A stretch of DNA of 64,000 nt. It comes from Cyanobacteria bacterium auto_48_18 (lineage in GTDB: Bacteria; Cyanobacteriota; Vampirovibrionia; Obscuribacterales; Obscuribacteraceae). Below the pieces are notes generated by a model that saw nothing but the letters and a program-made list of their open reading frames with translations, did not search any database and was not told the origin of the DNA. The stretch's first letter is position 1. Each line of letters starts with the position of its first letter. The DNA lies in the NCBI GenBank assembly GCA_036170915.1, contig JAVHQC010000016.1:1-64000 (forward strand), written 5' to 3'. The position numbers were made by a program, and so were the translations under genes. Shown here piece by piece: positions 50,292 to 59,741 of the stretch.

Positions 50292-51092
50292 ATGCCGGCT
50301 GAAAATGTAGATGAAAACCTGAAGCCCGAGAACCTGGCTCAAATTGTGCGTTTGAAGGCTCTGGCCGATTTGTGTTTCGGGCCGGTGGTTGTGGTCACAC
50401 GCCAGAAGCATCTTTCTTTCGTGGACCGCATTTCTGCCTTTCACGAAGCACAAAAATTGATGGCCGTTGATAAGGTTACTGCCTATGTGTTGCTGGAATA
50501 TTTAAATGCTTCTGTAGGCGCCAGTAAACTGCCGGTGGTGCTCGGCGATGGCAGCACTTTTGCTGACGACGGTGAAGCCATTAATTATATTGGCGAGCAA
50601 AAGCCGGCAATAGAGCGAGAGGCAGAGATTCTCACTGTAATTCAGAGTAAGCAAAAATCAGCTCGGTTGTATCAGTATGGTGTCTTGATTTTTCGCGGAA
50701 ATAGCGCTCCGAAGAATTTTACTGCCGGTAAAGCCTTTTGGACCAAACTGGCTGAGGCAGGGGATCTGGAAGCACAGTTTATAGTGGGTGATATTGCTTT
50801 TAACGATAAAGATTACGAACAGGCTTTTAAGTGGTTGGAGATGTCCGCTGGGCAGGGGCATATCGAGGCTACATTTGCTCTTGGACTTTGTTACCTTGAT
50901 GGGCTGGGTGTAGAGCAAAATCTCGAACGCGCGTCTGGTTGTGCCTTGCTGGCAGCTGAAAAAGGTCACGCCCATGCGCAATATACAATTGGAGTAAGTG
51001 AAAAAGATCCTGCCGAGAAGAAAAAGTGGCTGGCTAAAAGCGCAGCGCAAGGGTTCGCCCCAGCAATAAAGGCAATGGCCGAATTTAATTAG
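50292..51092 (+). CDS. Sel1-like repeat protein; ATG at 50292 after GGAG preferred
   Basis: AEAGDLEAQF, SAGQGHIEATFALGLCYLDGLGV, AAEKGHAHAQY and SAAQG. Confidence 0.85.
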   Translation: MPAENVDENLKPENLAQIVRLKALADLCFGPVVVVTRQKHLSFVDRISAFHEAQKLMAVDKVTAYVLLEYLNASVGASKLPVVLGDGSTFADDGEAINYIGEQKPAIEREAEILTVIQSKQKSARLYQYGVLIFRGNSAPKNFTAGKAFWTKLAEAGDLEAQFIVGDIAFNDKDYEQAFKWLEMSAGQGHIEATFALGLCYLDGLGVEQNLERASGCALLAAEKGHAHAQYTIGVSEKDPAEKKKWLAKSAAQGFAPAIKAMAEFN

Positions 51093-51119
51093 TCAATGGG
51101 TCTTTTTAATCTTTGCCAT

Positions 51120-51148
51120 TGAACTATTTTTGTTGTTTGAGCGTCTGA
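51120..51148 (+). promoter_or_regulatory. Putative ECF sigma promoter
   Basis: TGAACT-N16-CGTCTGA upstream of the vWA gene. Confidence 0.5.
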
Positions 51149-51205
51149 TCAAGAGGACTGGTAAGAACGTGCTCTTAAAAAGAACTTTCCTGCAAAGAGT
51201 ATTCA

Positions 51206-52288
51206 ATGACATATCGCCTGCGTATCTTCTTGCCCCTGGTCATAGCACCGATCTTAGGTGTCTGCTTGAGCGCTCAGGTATTTGGCCAGACTAATTCTCA
51301 GGCTAATTCCCAGACTAATTCTCAGGCTAATTCTCAAAGTCGCACTCGACTTGCTCGCCCCAGCGAAGCTAACTCATCAATACCGGTCCCGAATTTGCCT
51401 GTCCCTTCCAGTTTGCCTGTGGATGGCCGGCCTTTTAGTCTGGGTGTGCAAGAAAAACATCTCGGGCCAGCTATTCTAAATGGCACCATTAATGTTGCTC
51501 CTCCGCTTTCAGGGGCCTTGTCCACCGGTGGCGCCCTGAAGAACCAGAGCGGCATTTTTGACCAGGTGCCTTCGAACATGTTTTCAGCCAAAGACACTCG
51601 CACAGTTTTGCAGGGCAACGCCAATAGTCAAAAGCTCTCTGCCGGCGCCATGTCGGTACAGTTGCTTGCCAATTACGATCTTGAGCTGATTGTTGACGCT
51701 TCTTTGTCTATGCGTAGACGAGATTGTCCTGGTGGTCTATCGCGCTGGGAATGGTGCGGCAATCAAACTACAGATTTAGTGCGTCGCCTGACGCCTTTTG
51801 CGCCTAAGGGCTTGACCCTGACGTCTTTCGCCTCAGAGTTTCAGGTCTATCCAAATTCTTCCACTGCTGATATTGCCAATCTTTTCAATAATCCGGCCTT
51901 TATGTGGGGCACACATTTAGCTGAGCCCCTGGACGATCGGTTAAAGGCTTTCCTCGCCCGGCGTAAACCGGGGTCCAAACCGATGTTACTGGCGGTGATT
52001 ACCGATGGGGTGCCGGCTCCGCGTTACGAACCGCAGATGGTTGTCGATACTCTTGTGGCCACCACAAAACAGCTTCGCCACCCCAATGAGGTAACTGTAG
52101 TATTTTTTCAAATTGGGGCTTCAGAATACAGAGGGGCGCGTTTTTTAAACGAGCTTGATAATGGCCTGGTAAGCTATGGTGCCAAGTATGATATTGTGCG
52201 TACGTTCAGTTTCGATCAGCTGCAAAAATTGGGGCTGGCAAAAGCGTTAGTGCAGTCTATTCAAGATTTTACCGCCACCAGTAAGTAG
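51206..52288 (+). CDS. Secreted vWA-domain protein with an intact MIDAS
   Basis: VDASLSM (DxSxS), WGT and VITDG; signal peptide. Confidence 0.85.
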   Translation: MTYRLRIFLPLVIAPILGVCLSAQVFGQTNSQANSQTNSQANSQSRTRLARPSEANSSIPVPNLPVPSSLPVDGRPFSLGVQEKHLGPAILNGTINVAPPLSGALSTGGALKNQSGIFDQVPSNMFSAKDTRTVLQGNANSQKLSAGAMSVQLLANYDLELIVDASLSMRRRDCPGGLSRWEWCGNQTTDLVRRLTPFAPKGLTLTSFASEFQVYPNSSTADIANLFNNPAFMWGTHLAEPLDDRLKAFLARRKPGSKPMLLAVITDGVPAPRYEPQMVVDTLVATTKQLRHPNEVTVVFFQIGASEYRGARFLNELDNGLVSYGAKYDIVRTFSFDQLQKLGLAKALVQSIQDFTATSK

Positions 52289-52361
52289 TTCAGATATGTT
52301 TTTGTGGCACAGTTGGCTGTTGGTCTATATCTAACGATATGTCCAAAATTGATATTGTCAT

Positions 52362-52387
52362 GGAACTTTGAGGCAACACCTGGCGTC
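52362..52387 (+). promoter_or_regulatory. Putative ECF sigma promoter
   Basis: GGAACT-N16-CGTC upstream of the proline-heptad gene. Confidence 0.45.
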
Positions 52388-52545
52388 CCCGCTGCTAACA
52401 ATTTAATTTGATGTGTATTAATAAACGGTTTTTTGTAGGTTAACGCTCTTTTCTAGCGGTATAAGCTCAGTTATGATACCCTTGACGACTGCCTTGAGCC
52501 TGAACTGTCCTGGCGATGTCCTAGATCAATGTACTTAGACCACCG

Positions 52546-53508
52546 GTGACCATGAAATTTTCTCTCAAATTATTGCCATTCTGCTGCATTGCGGCTTTTG
52601 TCTGTTTGCCCGCAGTCTCTGCTGAGACTGTCAAAACTGATGGCGATCGATATGATTCAGATCTTTCTGTTCCAGACGCTGCTGCCGGTTCTACAGCAAC
52701 CACAAAAGTAAGCCAGAAAGCCAGTATTACAAAGAAAGTGGCGGCGGTGCTGCCCAAAGTAAAGAAAAAGTTTTACCTCAACCCTTTGAAAAGTTTTGCT
52801 CAAGATAGCAAGCTGATGTTCAGTCCTCTGCTGGAAGACGTCAGTCTGCCGCTCAAAGGCACTGAAAGCAACCTTAAGGCCTTGCAGGAGCCACTGCGCA
52901 ATCTCGAAAAGCCCTTACAAGAAGTGAGCGGTTCGGTGCACACTCTGAAGGCACCACTGGAAGATTTGAAGGCTCCGATGAACGACCTCAAGGCTCCCAT
53001 CGGTGAGTTGAAAGAGCCTATTGCTGAATTGAAGCATCCAATCAACAATTTAAACAAACCAATCACCCAACTGGCTCGTCCGATTCAAGATCTCAGTGCT
53101 CCTATTAACAAGTTGCAGCACACCATGACCGCCATTCCTCAGCCTCTAGAAAGGCTAGTGCAGCCACTGGACAGCTTGCGCAAACCGCTTGATGGCATTG
53201 CTTCTCCACTGAATAATTTGCAACCCAGTATCAAAAACCTAGCACCACCGGTTGCTGAGCTTTCCAATTCAGTCAGTAGCCTCAACCGTGAAGTGCGCTC
53301 TTTATCAGGCGAAATGAAACAGCTTCGTGAGGCTGTTTTTGACATTTGTATTTATGTTAGTTTGGCCATCGTTTTAGGTTGCAGTTTAATCGCCGGCACT
53401 TTAATGTGGTTTATTCGCCACTTTGCCCGCAGTTACGGATTATCACCGGCGAAAGCTTTGCGCTTTGTCGCCAATCTTGATGACGTTAAAAACGATCATC
53501 GCCGCTAA
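52546..53508 (+). CDS. Exported, C-terminally anchored coiled-coil protein with proline heptad repeats
   Basis: Signal peptide ending VSA-E, 24 contiguous heptads, C-terminal TM. Confidence 0.85.
   Translation: MTMKFSLKLLPFCCIAAFVCLPAVSAETVKTDGDRYDSDLSVPDAAAGSTATTKVSQKASITKKVAAVLPKVKKKFYLNPLKSFAQDSKLMFSPLLEDVSLPLKGTESNLKALQEPLRNLEKPLQEVSGSVHTLKAPLEDLKAPMNDLKAPIGELKEPIAELKHPINNLNKPITQLARPIQDLSAPINKLQHTMTAIPQPLERLVQPLDSLRKPLDGIASPLNNLQPSIKNLAPPVAELSNSVSSLNREVRSLSGEMKQLREAVFDICIYVSLAIVLGCSLIAGTLMWFIRHFARSYGLSPAKALRFVANLDDVKNDHRR
52840..53343 (+). repeat. 24 x 7-aa degenerate coding repeat, consensus L-x-x-P-[ILMV]-x-x
   Basis: LKAPLED LKAPMND LKAPIGE LKEPIAE LKHPINN LNKPITQ LARPIQD LSAPINK and further units. 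Confidence 0.9.
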
Positions 53509-53518
53509 TTATCTGTGT

Positions 53519-54217
53519 CTACTGGCGCACATAAATTTCCAAATACTCTTTGTGATTGGCCTCCCAGCTGCCTGTGGTGGTAGTGGATTCTAATTTCCAC
53601 TGGCTGGCCATTTTTTGATAGAAGGCCGGCGTGGCACAACAAGTTTTGTCGCCGATGACAATAATTTTGTTTCCTTTATAGGCGCTCAGTGCGTCCATGG
53701 CCATAGGATTTCGCGGCGGCCAGATCATCAGCAGGGTATGCCCAGGATAATCAACTACCGACTGGCTGTCACCTTTGACGATTTTAGTGAAGCTGCTGCC
53801 TGAGGTGGTTGGCAGGCCGACTATGCTGGTGCTGAAGAACCAGTTTTTACCTTCCTCTACTGGGAATGCATCCATAGCAATTGTTTCTGCGCCCATTTGC
53901 TGCAATAACCAGGCGTTATAACCATTGCCGGCGCCTAGTTCAACGATAGGGGCATGGTCGGCGATTCGTTGCAAAATTTCTGGTGATAAAACTGAATAAG
54001 CATACTTCTCCCGCAGGGTGAGAAAGAAAATTTCTTCGATCAAGCGCGACGAATTGAAAGGGAGGCAGGAAAGCATTTTGATTTTGGTGCGTTTCCATTG
54101 ATTGAGGCCCGCTTCAACTTCAAGCCCTTCTACTGCTTTGAGACGCTCTGCGTTGCTCTTCAGTCTAAGGCTGACCAGCTGCGAATATAAATCCCAATAA
54201 GGGTGTTCAATTTTCAT
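53519..54217 (-). CDS. Class I SAM-dependent methyltransferase-like protein
   Basis: IVELGAGNGY motif I, IAMD and LLMIWPP. Confidence 0.7.
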   Translation of the reverse strand: MKIEHPYWDLYSQLVSLRLKSNAERLKAVEGLEVEAGLNQWKRTKIKMLSCLPFNSSRLIEEIFFLTLREKYAYSVLSPEILQRIADHAPIVELGAGNGYNAWLLQQMGAETIAMDAFPVEEGKNWFFSTSIVGLPTTSGSSFTKIVKGDSQSVVDYPGHTLLMIWPPRNPMAMDALSAYKGNKIIVIGDKTCCATPAFYQKMASQWKLESTTTTGSWEANHKEYLEIYVRQ

Positions 54218-54219
54218 GC

Positions 54220-55020
54220 TTACTTTTGTTTTACTGTGCCGCTAACTTTGCCTACTCCAACTTTAGGCGTGGGTAGACTGCCACCATTTAGCAATGCTTT
54301 GTGTTGAGTATTGAGCAATGAAAGTTCGGTTTTGAGAGCTTCAAATTCGCCAGCCAGATTGCGTTCTGCGTCTAAAATTTTACTGCGCTTAAGCAACTCA
54401 CCATCAGCGTGAGCGCTCTCCTGGCGGGCATTAGCCAGCCGACCTTCCGCATTTGAGAGATCTAGTTCTGCTCTGGCTAAACGTTCTTGATCGCCTCGCA
54501 GTTGATTAGAAAGTTTGCCATTTTCAGCTTCTGAAATTCTCATTCCCGGACATAAATGTGGTGGCGGTATTGGTGGCAGATGGTATTGGTCGACGTGCAT
54601 AGTATATTTTTTTGCGTGCTCTTGATATAAGCGCTCAGTTTCTTTGCAATGACCGAGGTCTCGTTCGACCTGGTCGAGATGCGCTTTGTAGCTGCCTACG
54701 TGATTTTTAAAAGCCTCCAGATCGACTTTGTACTGATCGATATTTCCGGCACTAATTTTAGAGAGTTTGTTGGCACCACCTGTGAGGCTACGAGCTTTAC
54801 GAATGGCGTCTTTCATATTCACAGTTGACTGCGAAGCATTCAATTGAAAATCTTTGCTTTCGGCAATCAGCTCACGGGCCGAATCAACGCGACCAGGCTG
54901 GGTGCATTGCTCATCTGGAATTGTGTGTTCTCGCGCCACCGCAACAGGTGCGCTGAGCACTAGTAAAGTGCAAGCGGCGAGTTGCTGCAAGCCGTCAAAC
55001 TTCTTCAACATTTTTGCCAT
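54220..55020 (-). CDS. Secreted coiled-coil hypothetical protein; start at 55020 preferred
   Basis: Signal peptide-like LAACTLLVLSAPVAVA; coiled coils flank HLPPIPPPHLC. Confidence 0.7.
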   Translation of the reverse strand: MAKMLKKFDGLQQLAACTLLVLSAPVAVAREHTIPDEQCTQPGRVDSARELIAESKDFQLNASQSTVNMKDAIRKARSLTGGANKLSKISAGNIDQYKVDLEAFKNHVGSYKAHLDQVERDLGHCKETERLYQEHAKKYTMHVDQYHLPPIPPPHLCPGMRISEAENGKLSNQLRGDQERLARAELDLSNAEGRLANARQESAHADGELLKRSKILDAERNLAGEFEALKTELSLLNTQHKALLNGGSLPTPKVGVGKVSGTVKQK

Positions 55021-55045
55021 CAATTTATTCCTGAATTTAAGAACT

Positions 55046-56305
55046 TTACTTGAGCTTATTGGCTTTGGCAGCCAGTTCGATAGCCGGATCTTCGGGTACT
55101 GGTGACTCGGTCCAGCTTGGCGTTTCGTTACCATAATAACGCACATAAAGGTTTGTGCCGAGCGCTCTTAGTTTTGCATTGCCTGGTCTGGTTGGTTGCA
55201 TCATCAAGCTCTTTAAGTTGGAGGCGCTCTGGGCCACAAAAGCAGCCTTGCGTGTGGCCTCGGCTCGCGCTCTTGTACCTTGCACAACGGCATCATTGCG
55301 CAAGTAGCTAGTGCGCAGACTTTCGAGATTACTCATTTCATTGTCGTTATAAAGTTGATAGCCGCGGCGTCTTAAGACTTGCACTTGTGAGTGGCTGTCT
55401 TGAGCCAGTCGACGCAATTGAATGTTTGCTAAATCAGTGCGCCAGCGCGACCAGGTTTGACCCTCGGTGGCATAACGGTTACCAAGATCGTTTGATTGTT
55501 TGTTGATTAGCTTGAGGGTGCGTTCCACCACTATTGGTGTGTCTTGTGGTTGCGTGCGTCTGTAACCTTCGTCAGCAGCCATACCCATCAGGCGTGCTTT
55601 GCCATAGCGGCCGTACTGCCCAAAGGGATCTACTTCGAAACCGGCTCTGTAAGCTTCTTTAGCTCCTTCGTAATCTTTAAGCTTAATCAACACGTCGCCG
55701 AGATAGGCATAAGCGGGCGAGTAACGCGGGTTCATGTTGATTACTTTGAGGAGACCGTCTGCAGCAGCATGATAGCGCTTCAACTTGATGTCTTGAGCAG
55801 CAATGGCATAGGTCTGGTTAAAGGTGAGTTTTTTTGCTTTGCCTTGCTTCTTCGGCACGGGCAAAGACAATGGAGGTAATTTTGCCAGGTCTGTCTTTTT
55901 TTGATTGCCTGATTTGGCCAGGGCTTGTTCAATCTTGTGCAAACGCAAAGGAGCATGATCACTTGAAACCTGGCCAAATATCAGATTCTCCAGCCGTCTC
56001 AATCGTTTTTCTACCGGCTCTTGAGCGTAACTGTGGCCAAAATACCGGGCCTCCAGTTCAATCAGACGAGCGTTCATAAGATCTTGCGCAGGGACCTTCG
56101 AAGGATCTTTCGTAGGATCTTTCGTAGGATCTTTTAGTTCTGCAGCAGTAGTTTCAGCTTTCGCGGTGTCAATTTTGGCGGCCTCAGCCTGTAAAACCTC
56201 TGGCGTTGCCAGGCTAACGGCCGTTTGCGCCCAGGCATGGTCGCCGGCCGCGAACGACAGGAAAATTGCAGCCAGGAGAACAAATATGAAAGTGCAGTTC
56301 TTCAT
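55046..56305 (-). CDS. Secreted TPR protein
   Basis: Signal peptide ending AWA-Q; NPRYSPAYAYLGDVLIKLKDYEGAKEAYRAGFEVDP. Confidence 0.8.
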   Translation of the reverse strand: MKNCTFIFVLLAAIFLSFAAGDHAWAQTAVSLATPEVLQAEAAKIDTAKAETTAAELKDPTKDPTKDPSKVPAQDLMNARLIELEARYFGHSYAQEPVEKRLRRLENLIFGQVSSDHAPLRLHKIEQALAKSGNQKKTDLAKLPPLSLPVPKKQGKAKKLTFNQTYAIAAQDIKLKRYHAAADGLLKVINMNPRYSPAYAYLGDVLIKLKDYEGAKEAYRAGFEVDPFGQYGRYGKARLMGMAADEGYRRTQPQDTPIVVERTLKLINKQSNDLGNRYATEGQTWSRWRTDLANIQLRRLAQDSHSQVQVLRRRGYQLYNDNEMSNLESLRTSYLRNDAVVQGTRARAEATRKAAFVAQSASNLKSLMMQPTRPGNAKLRALGTNLYVRYYGNETPSWTESPVPEDPAIELAAKANKLK

Positions 56306-56389
56306 TTATAAAGCTTCTGGAAAGCTCTATTATACATACCTTGTCAAGTGCCTCAGCGATGGCTGGTATTGTGTATCGCGCCCTGCGCG

Positions 56390-57550
56390 TTATTCGAGCT
56401 TGAACCAGTCGGCAGGTGATTCATTGCCGAATTTTGCCATAGTGGCCTTAGGGCTGATGTCTCGATTAACTTTCAATTTGTGGTCGCGAAAGTGATTTTG
56501 CAATTTTTTTACTGCCGCATCGCTCACCTGACAGCTGTTTAAGTCAATGAAGCGCAGGTGCGGCAAATCGTAAAGATAGGTCAGAGTCTTGTCGTTAGCG
56601 TCAGAGGCTCCAAAGTCGATATGCTCCAGATTTTTAAAAGTTGAGAGCACGGCGGCACCGCTATCTCCCAGTGGTGACTCGCAACCAGCAAGGTAAAGAC
56701 GATCTAACTTGGTCGAACCCTCTAAGGCTTTAAGTAACGGCTCAAGACCCTTATTGCCGCAGAAAGATAAGTTGGTCAGATTTTTCAGATATTTGAATTT
56801 ACTCAGTCCCGCACCGGTAACTCTGGTGTAATTGAAATTGAGTACCTGCAAATTGGGTAACTGATTCAAATACTCAACGTCATTGTCGCTAAAATCGGTT
56901 TGTTGAAAATTGAGTCTTTTCAAACCTTTTAGACGTACCAGATATGGCAGGTCTTCATGCATATTGCTTTTTTCCATTCTTGATGGACTACTCACCGAGG
57001 TAAGATCGTCAGCGGCGAATGAATTAAAAATTTGCGGCCTGGCAATGACATAGTCACTAGGAAAATAGTGCACAGGTTTCCCAGCCTTGAAAATTACCTT
57101 TCCTCGGGCAGGCTGGTAACTTTCTACTGCATAATCGTCGCTGATTCTGCCCAGGTCGACGTTGGTAGGAAAATCAAATTCTATTCTGTCACTGTAACGT
57201 GTAGAAAATTTGGGAAAAAGCAATTCGGCTTTAACGGGGTCGCCTGCCACTACACCTGGTGCAAACTCCTTAGGTTTTAAGGGCGTTGTGCGAACGCTGG
57301 TGGCCTTATCTTTTTGCAGCATAGCTACGTAGCAAATTGCGGCAGTTGCAGCCAGAAGAAATAGTGTGGCCACAATTGCCATGATTTTGGTTGGAAACCT
57401 TTGAGGCAGCCTGGCTTTGGCACCGGTTTCATTTTCGTCCTGATAGTCTGAGTTATCGTCTAGATTATCCTCGTCATTATCGTCGTCATTGAGATCGCGC
57501 TCAAAAAGATCACGATTTTGAAAAAATTGCACGTCTTCGCCACGGAGCAC
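56390..57550 (-). CDS. TM + LRR C-terminal part of a frameshifted Ser/Thr kinase receptor
   Basis: Acidic linker, TM, and LRRs (LKRLNF, LQVLNF, LTNLSF, LDRLYL, LEHIDF, LRFIDL). Confidence 0.8.
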   Translation of the reverse strand: MLRGEDVQFFQNRDLFERDLNDDDNDEDNLDDNSDYQDENETGAKARLPQRFPTKIMAIVATLFLLAATAAICYVAMLQKDKATSVRTTPLKPKEFAPGVVAGDPVKAELLFPKFSTRYSDRIEFDFPTNVDLGRISDDYAVESYQPARGKVIFKAGKPVHYFPSDYVIARPQIFNSFAADDLTSVSSPSRMEKSNMHEDLPYLVRLKGLKRLNFQQTDFSDNDVEYLNQLPNLQVLNFNYTRVTGAGLSKFKYLKNLTNLSFCGNKGLEPLLKALEGSTKLDRLYLAGCESPLGDSGAAVLSTFKNLEHIDFGASDANDKTLTYLYDLPHLRFIDLNSCQVSDAAVKKLQNHFRDHKLKVNRDISPKATMAKFGNESPADWFKLE

Positions 57551-58506
57551 TCACTTTGCAAATCTTCTGCCAGTGCTTCTAAGGTTTGATAGCGGTCTAT
57601 GGGGTCTTTAGCGAGCAAATTGAGCAGGACATTTTCCATTGACTGCGGAAATTCTTTGCCCGAGACACTGCTCAAGCTTGGAACATCATTTTCTCTATGC
57701 ATCAGCATAGTCAAAAGCGGATTAGCCCCACGAAAAGGAGGTTTGCCCGTTAGAGTTTCAAAAAGCGTGCAACCCACTGAATAAATGTCAGAGCGCGCGT
57801 CGATAGCCTTGCCCTCACATTGTTCCGGGCTCATATAAAAGGGGCTGCCAAAGACTTCACCAACGCTCGTAAGATTTTGATTGTTGGGATCACTGGCACC
57901 AGCCAGTTTGGCAATGCCGAAATCCACCAGTTTGACGGTTGCGCCTGATACGTCTGGCTGGTCCAAAATGATAATGTTGCCCGGTTTAATATCGCGGTGA
58001 ATAATGCCCTTTTTGTGCGCAAAGTCCAGGCCGGCACAAATTTGAAAAAATACAGGAATTGTTTGAGCTAGATTGAGCGACCCTCTGGTTTTTAGGATAT
58101 CGGCGAGATTTCGCCCCTGTAGCAAATCCATCACGTAGTATGGCAATTTGCCCTGGTGAATACCCAGATTGTGAATAGCGACAATATTGGCGTGGTTAAT
58201 GCGGGCTATTGCCTGCGCTTCAACCTGCAGGCGCCGCCATGCCATCTCTGTGACGGCGTTACTGTTAATGGTTTTCATGGCATAGATTTTTTGCAAAATG
58301 CGGTGGCGGGCACTGTACACGCAGCCCATGCCACCAACGCCAAGCAATTCGATGATTTCATAATTGTCGCCGACTATGTCGCCGGCCACTAACCGTCCGT
58401 CAGAGAGAAATGGTCGAGCAGCCCCTAGCTGCCCCGCTGGTCCTCCAGTGGCGCGAGTGGTGTCTTGCCCGTCGTCAGAAAAATTTGGCTCGACTTCTCT
58501 AGTCAT
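57460..58506 (-). CDS. Hanks-type Ser/Thr kinase, N-terminal part of the frameshifted kinase-TM-LRR gene
   Basis: LGVGGMGCVY, AMK, HRDIKPGN, DFGIAK, YMSPEQ and SDIYSVG; frame diverges after ...EDLQS. Confidence 0.92.
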   Translation of the reverse strand: MTREVEPNFSDDGQDTTRATGGPAGQLGAARPFLSDGRLVAGDIVGDNYEIIELLGVGGMGCVYSARHRILQKIYAMKTINSNAVTEMAWRRLQVEAQAIARINHANIVAIHNLGIHQGKLPYYVMDLLQGRNLADILKTRGSLNLAQTIPVFFQICAGLDFAHKKGIIHRDIKPGNIIILDQPDVSGATVKLVDFGIAKLAGASDPNNQNLTSVGEVFGSPFYMSPEQCEGKAIDARSDIYSVGCTLFETLTGKPPFRGANPLLTMLMHRENDVPSLSSVSGKEFPQSMENVLLNLLAKDPIDRYQTLEALAEDLQSECSVAKTCNFFKIVIFLSAISMTTIMTRII

Positions 58507-58589
58507 TTAAGTTTCTGACCTAGTTCTTCTTTCGGGTTCCAGCCTATTCAGGCTACTTTCCGGACTATGAGGTTACTCCGGTCTCTATG

Positions 58590-59738
58590 TTATTCCCTGT
58601 AGGTTTCAATTTTGGCAATTTCATTTTTGAGAATCTGGCAATTAAACCGCGCCGAGCTTAGTAAAACCTCAACCTCCTGCCACTTTTCCGCCTTGATTGA
58701 GCGTTTTAAATTGCTTAACTGCACTTGTAATTGTTCGGTGGTAGCAGCAGCCGTGCGCGAATCAGGATGATGTTTGGCAAGAAGATCTGCCATCTCTACA
58801 AGATTTTCGCGCAAAGAAGGATTTTCTGAAATTGAAAAATCCATATTTTGCAGGCTTGAGTTTGAATTGTCTAAATCTTTGGTAGCAAACTCTTTGTATT
58901 TGAAAAGTGAAGTGGCTTCGATTTTGCCCAGGCGCAAAGATTTATCTAACTCTTCATTGTCGCCTTCGAGATAGGCATTAAGAGCGTCATGCAAGCTATC
59001 TTCCAGCGATGAGAGATGTGCGCGTGCTTCTTTTATCTGTTGCAGGGAAGGAATGGCAGAGAATATCCCCGCGGTTGATTGCCAGGCAAACTGATTCAAT
59101 GCGCGCATAGATTTACTCAAAGATTTTTTTGGATAGAGCTCATCACCAGTTAGTTGCCCATAGATAAATTGTGCCCAAACCAGCCCACACTCAGCGGTTT
59201 TCTCTGCCATCTGCGCTTGACCGTGAGATTCATTATCTTCTTCAGAGCGGCCATATTGTTCAATGGCGTCTTGCAATAATTGCACTACTTGAGACAATCT
59301 GTGAGTCAGTGCTTTGTTTAAAGTTATGCCTTTATATTCGACAATGAGCTTGATGCGACAAATCGCATCTGTAAGCATGCTAATTAACTCTTCGCTGCTG
59401 TCATCGAAATCGGGTGCGGGGGCCGTCATTTGTCCAAGATCTACTTTGCCTGAGTGCAGATGGTTGAGAGCTAGATCGAGGTGCAGCAAACCGCGCACGG
59501 CGTGCTCGCTGGCTTCATCATAATAGTCGTTGTTCAGTGCAGTTTTGGCTTTGTGATAGGCGCGTTTGGCTTTGTCGAACCGTTGTTGAAAGAGCTCATT
59601 GTGCACACTGGCATCAGTAGCGTCAATGCTGGTAAATTCGGCAATGCTGATGGAAAGCTTTGATAGAAGCTGCTCAGCCACTTGCACAGACGCTTTTTTG
59701 CGATTTTTATTTTTGCCGTCATAATCAAATAGATTCAT
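58590..59738 (-). CDS. Hypothetical all-alpha protein with about four internal helical repeats
   Basis: Recurring units ending in A..A...[GA]...hydrophobic helices. Confidence 0.7.
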   Translation of the reverse strand: MNLFDYDGKNKNRKKASVQVAEQLLSKLSISIAEFTSIDATDASVHNELFQQRFDKAKRAYHKAKTALNNDYYDEASEHAVRGLLHLDLALNHLHSGKVDLGQMTAPAPDFDDSSEELISMLTDAICRIKLIVEYKGITLNKALTHRLSQVVQLLQDAIEQYGRSEEDNESHGQAQMAEKTAECGLVWAQFIYGQLTGDELYPKKSLSKSMRALNQFAWQSTAGIFSAIPSLQQIKEARAHLSSLEDSLHDALNAYLEGDNEELDKSLRLGKIEATSLFKYKEFATKDLDNSNSSLQNMDFSISENPSLRENLVEMADLLAKHHPDSRTAAATTEQLQVQLSNLKRSIKAEKWQEVEVLLSSARFNCQILKNEIAKIETYRE

Positions 59739-59741
59739 TGG

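Noticed and set aside
52840..53343. 21-nt periodicity as a CRISPR array or DNA repeat element
   Set aside because: The repeat is degenerate at the DNA level and conserved only as a protein heptad pattern; there is no repeat-spacer structure or cas gene.
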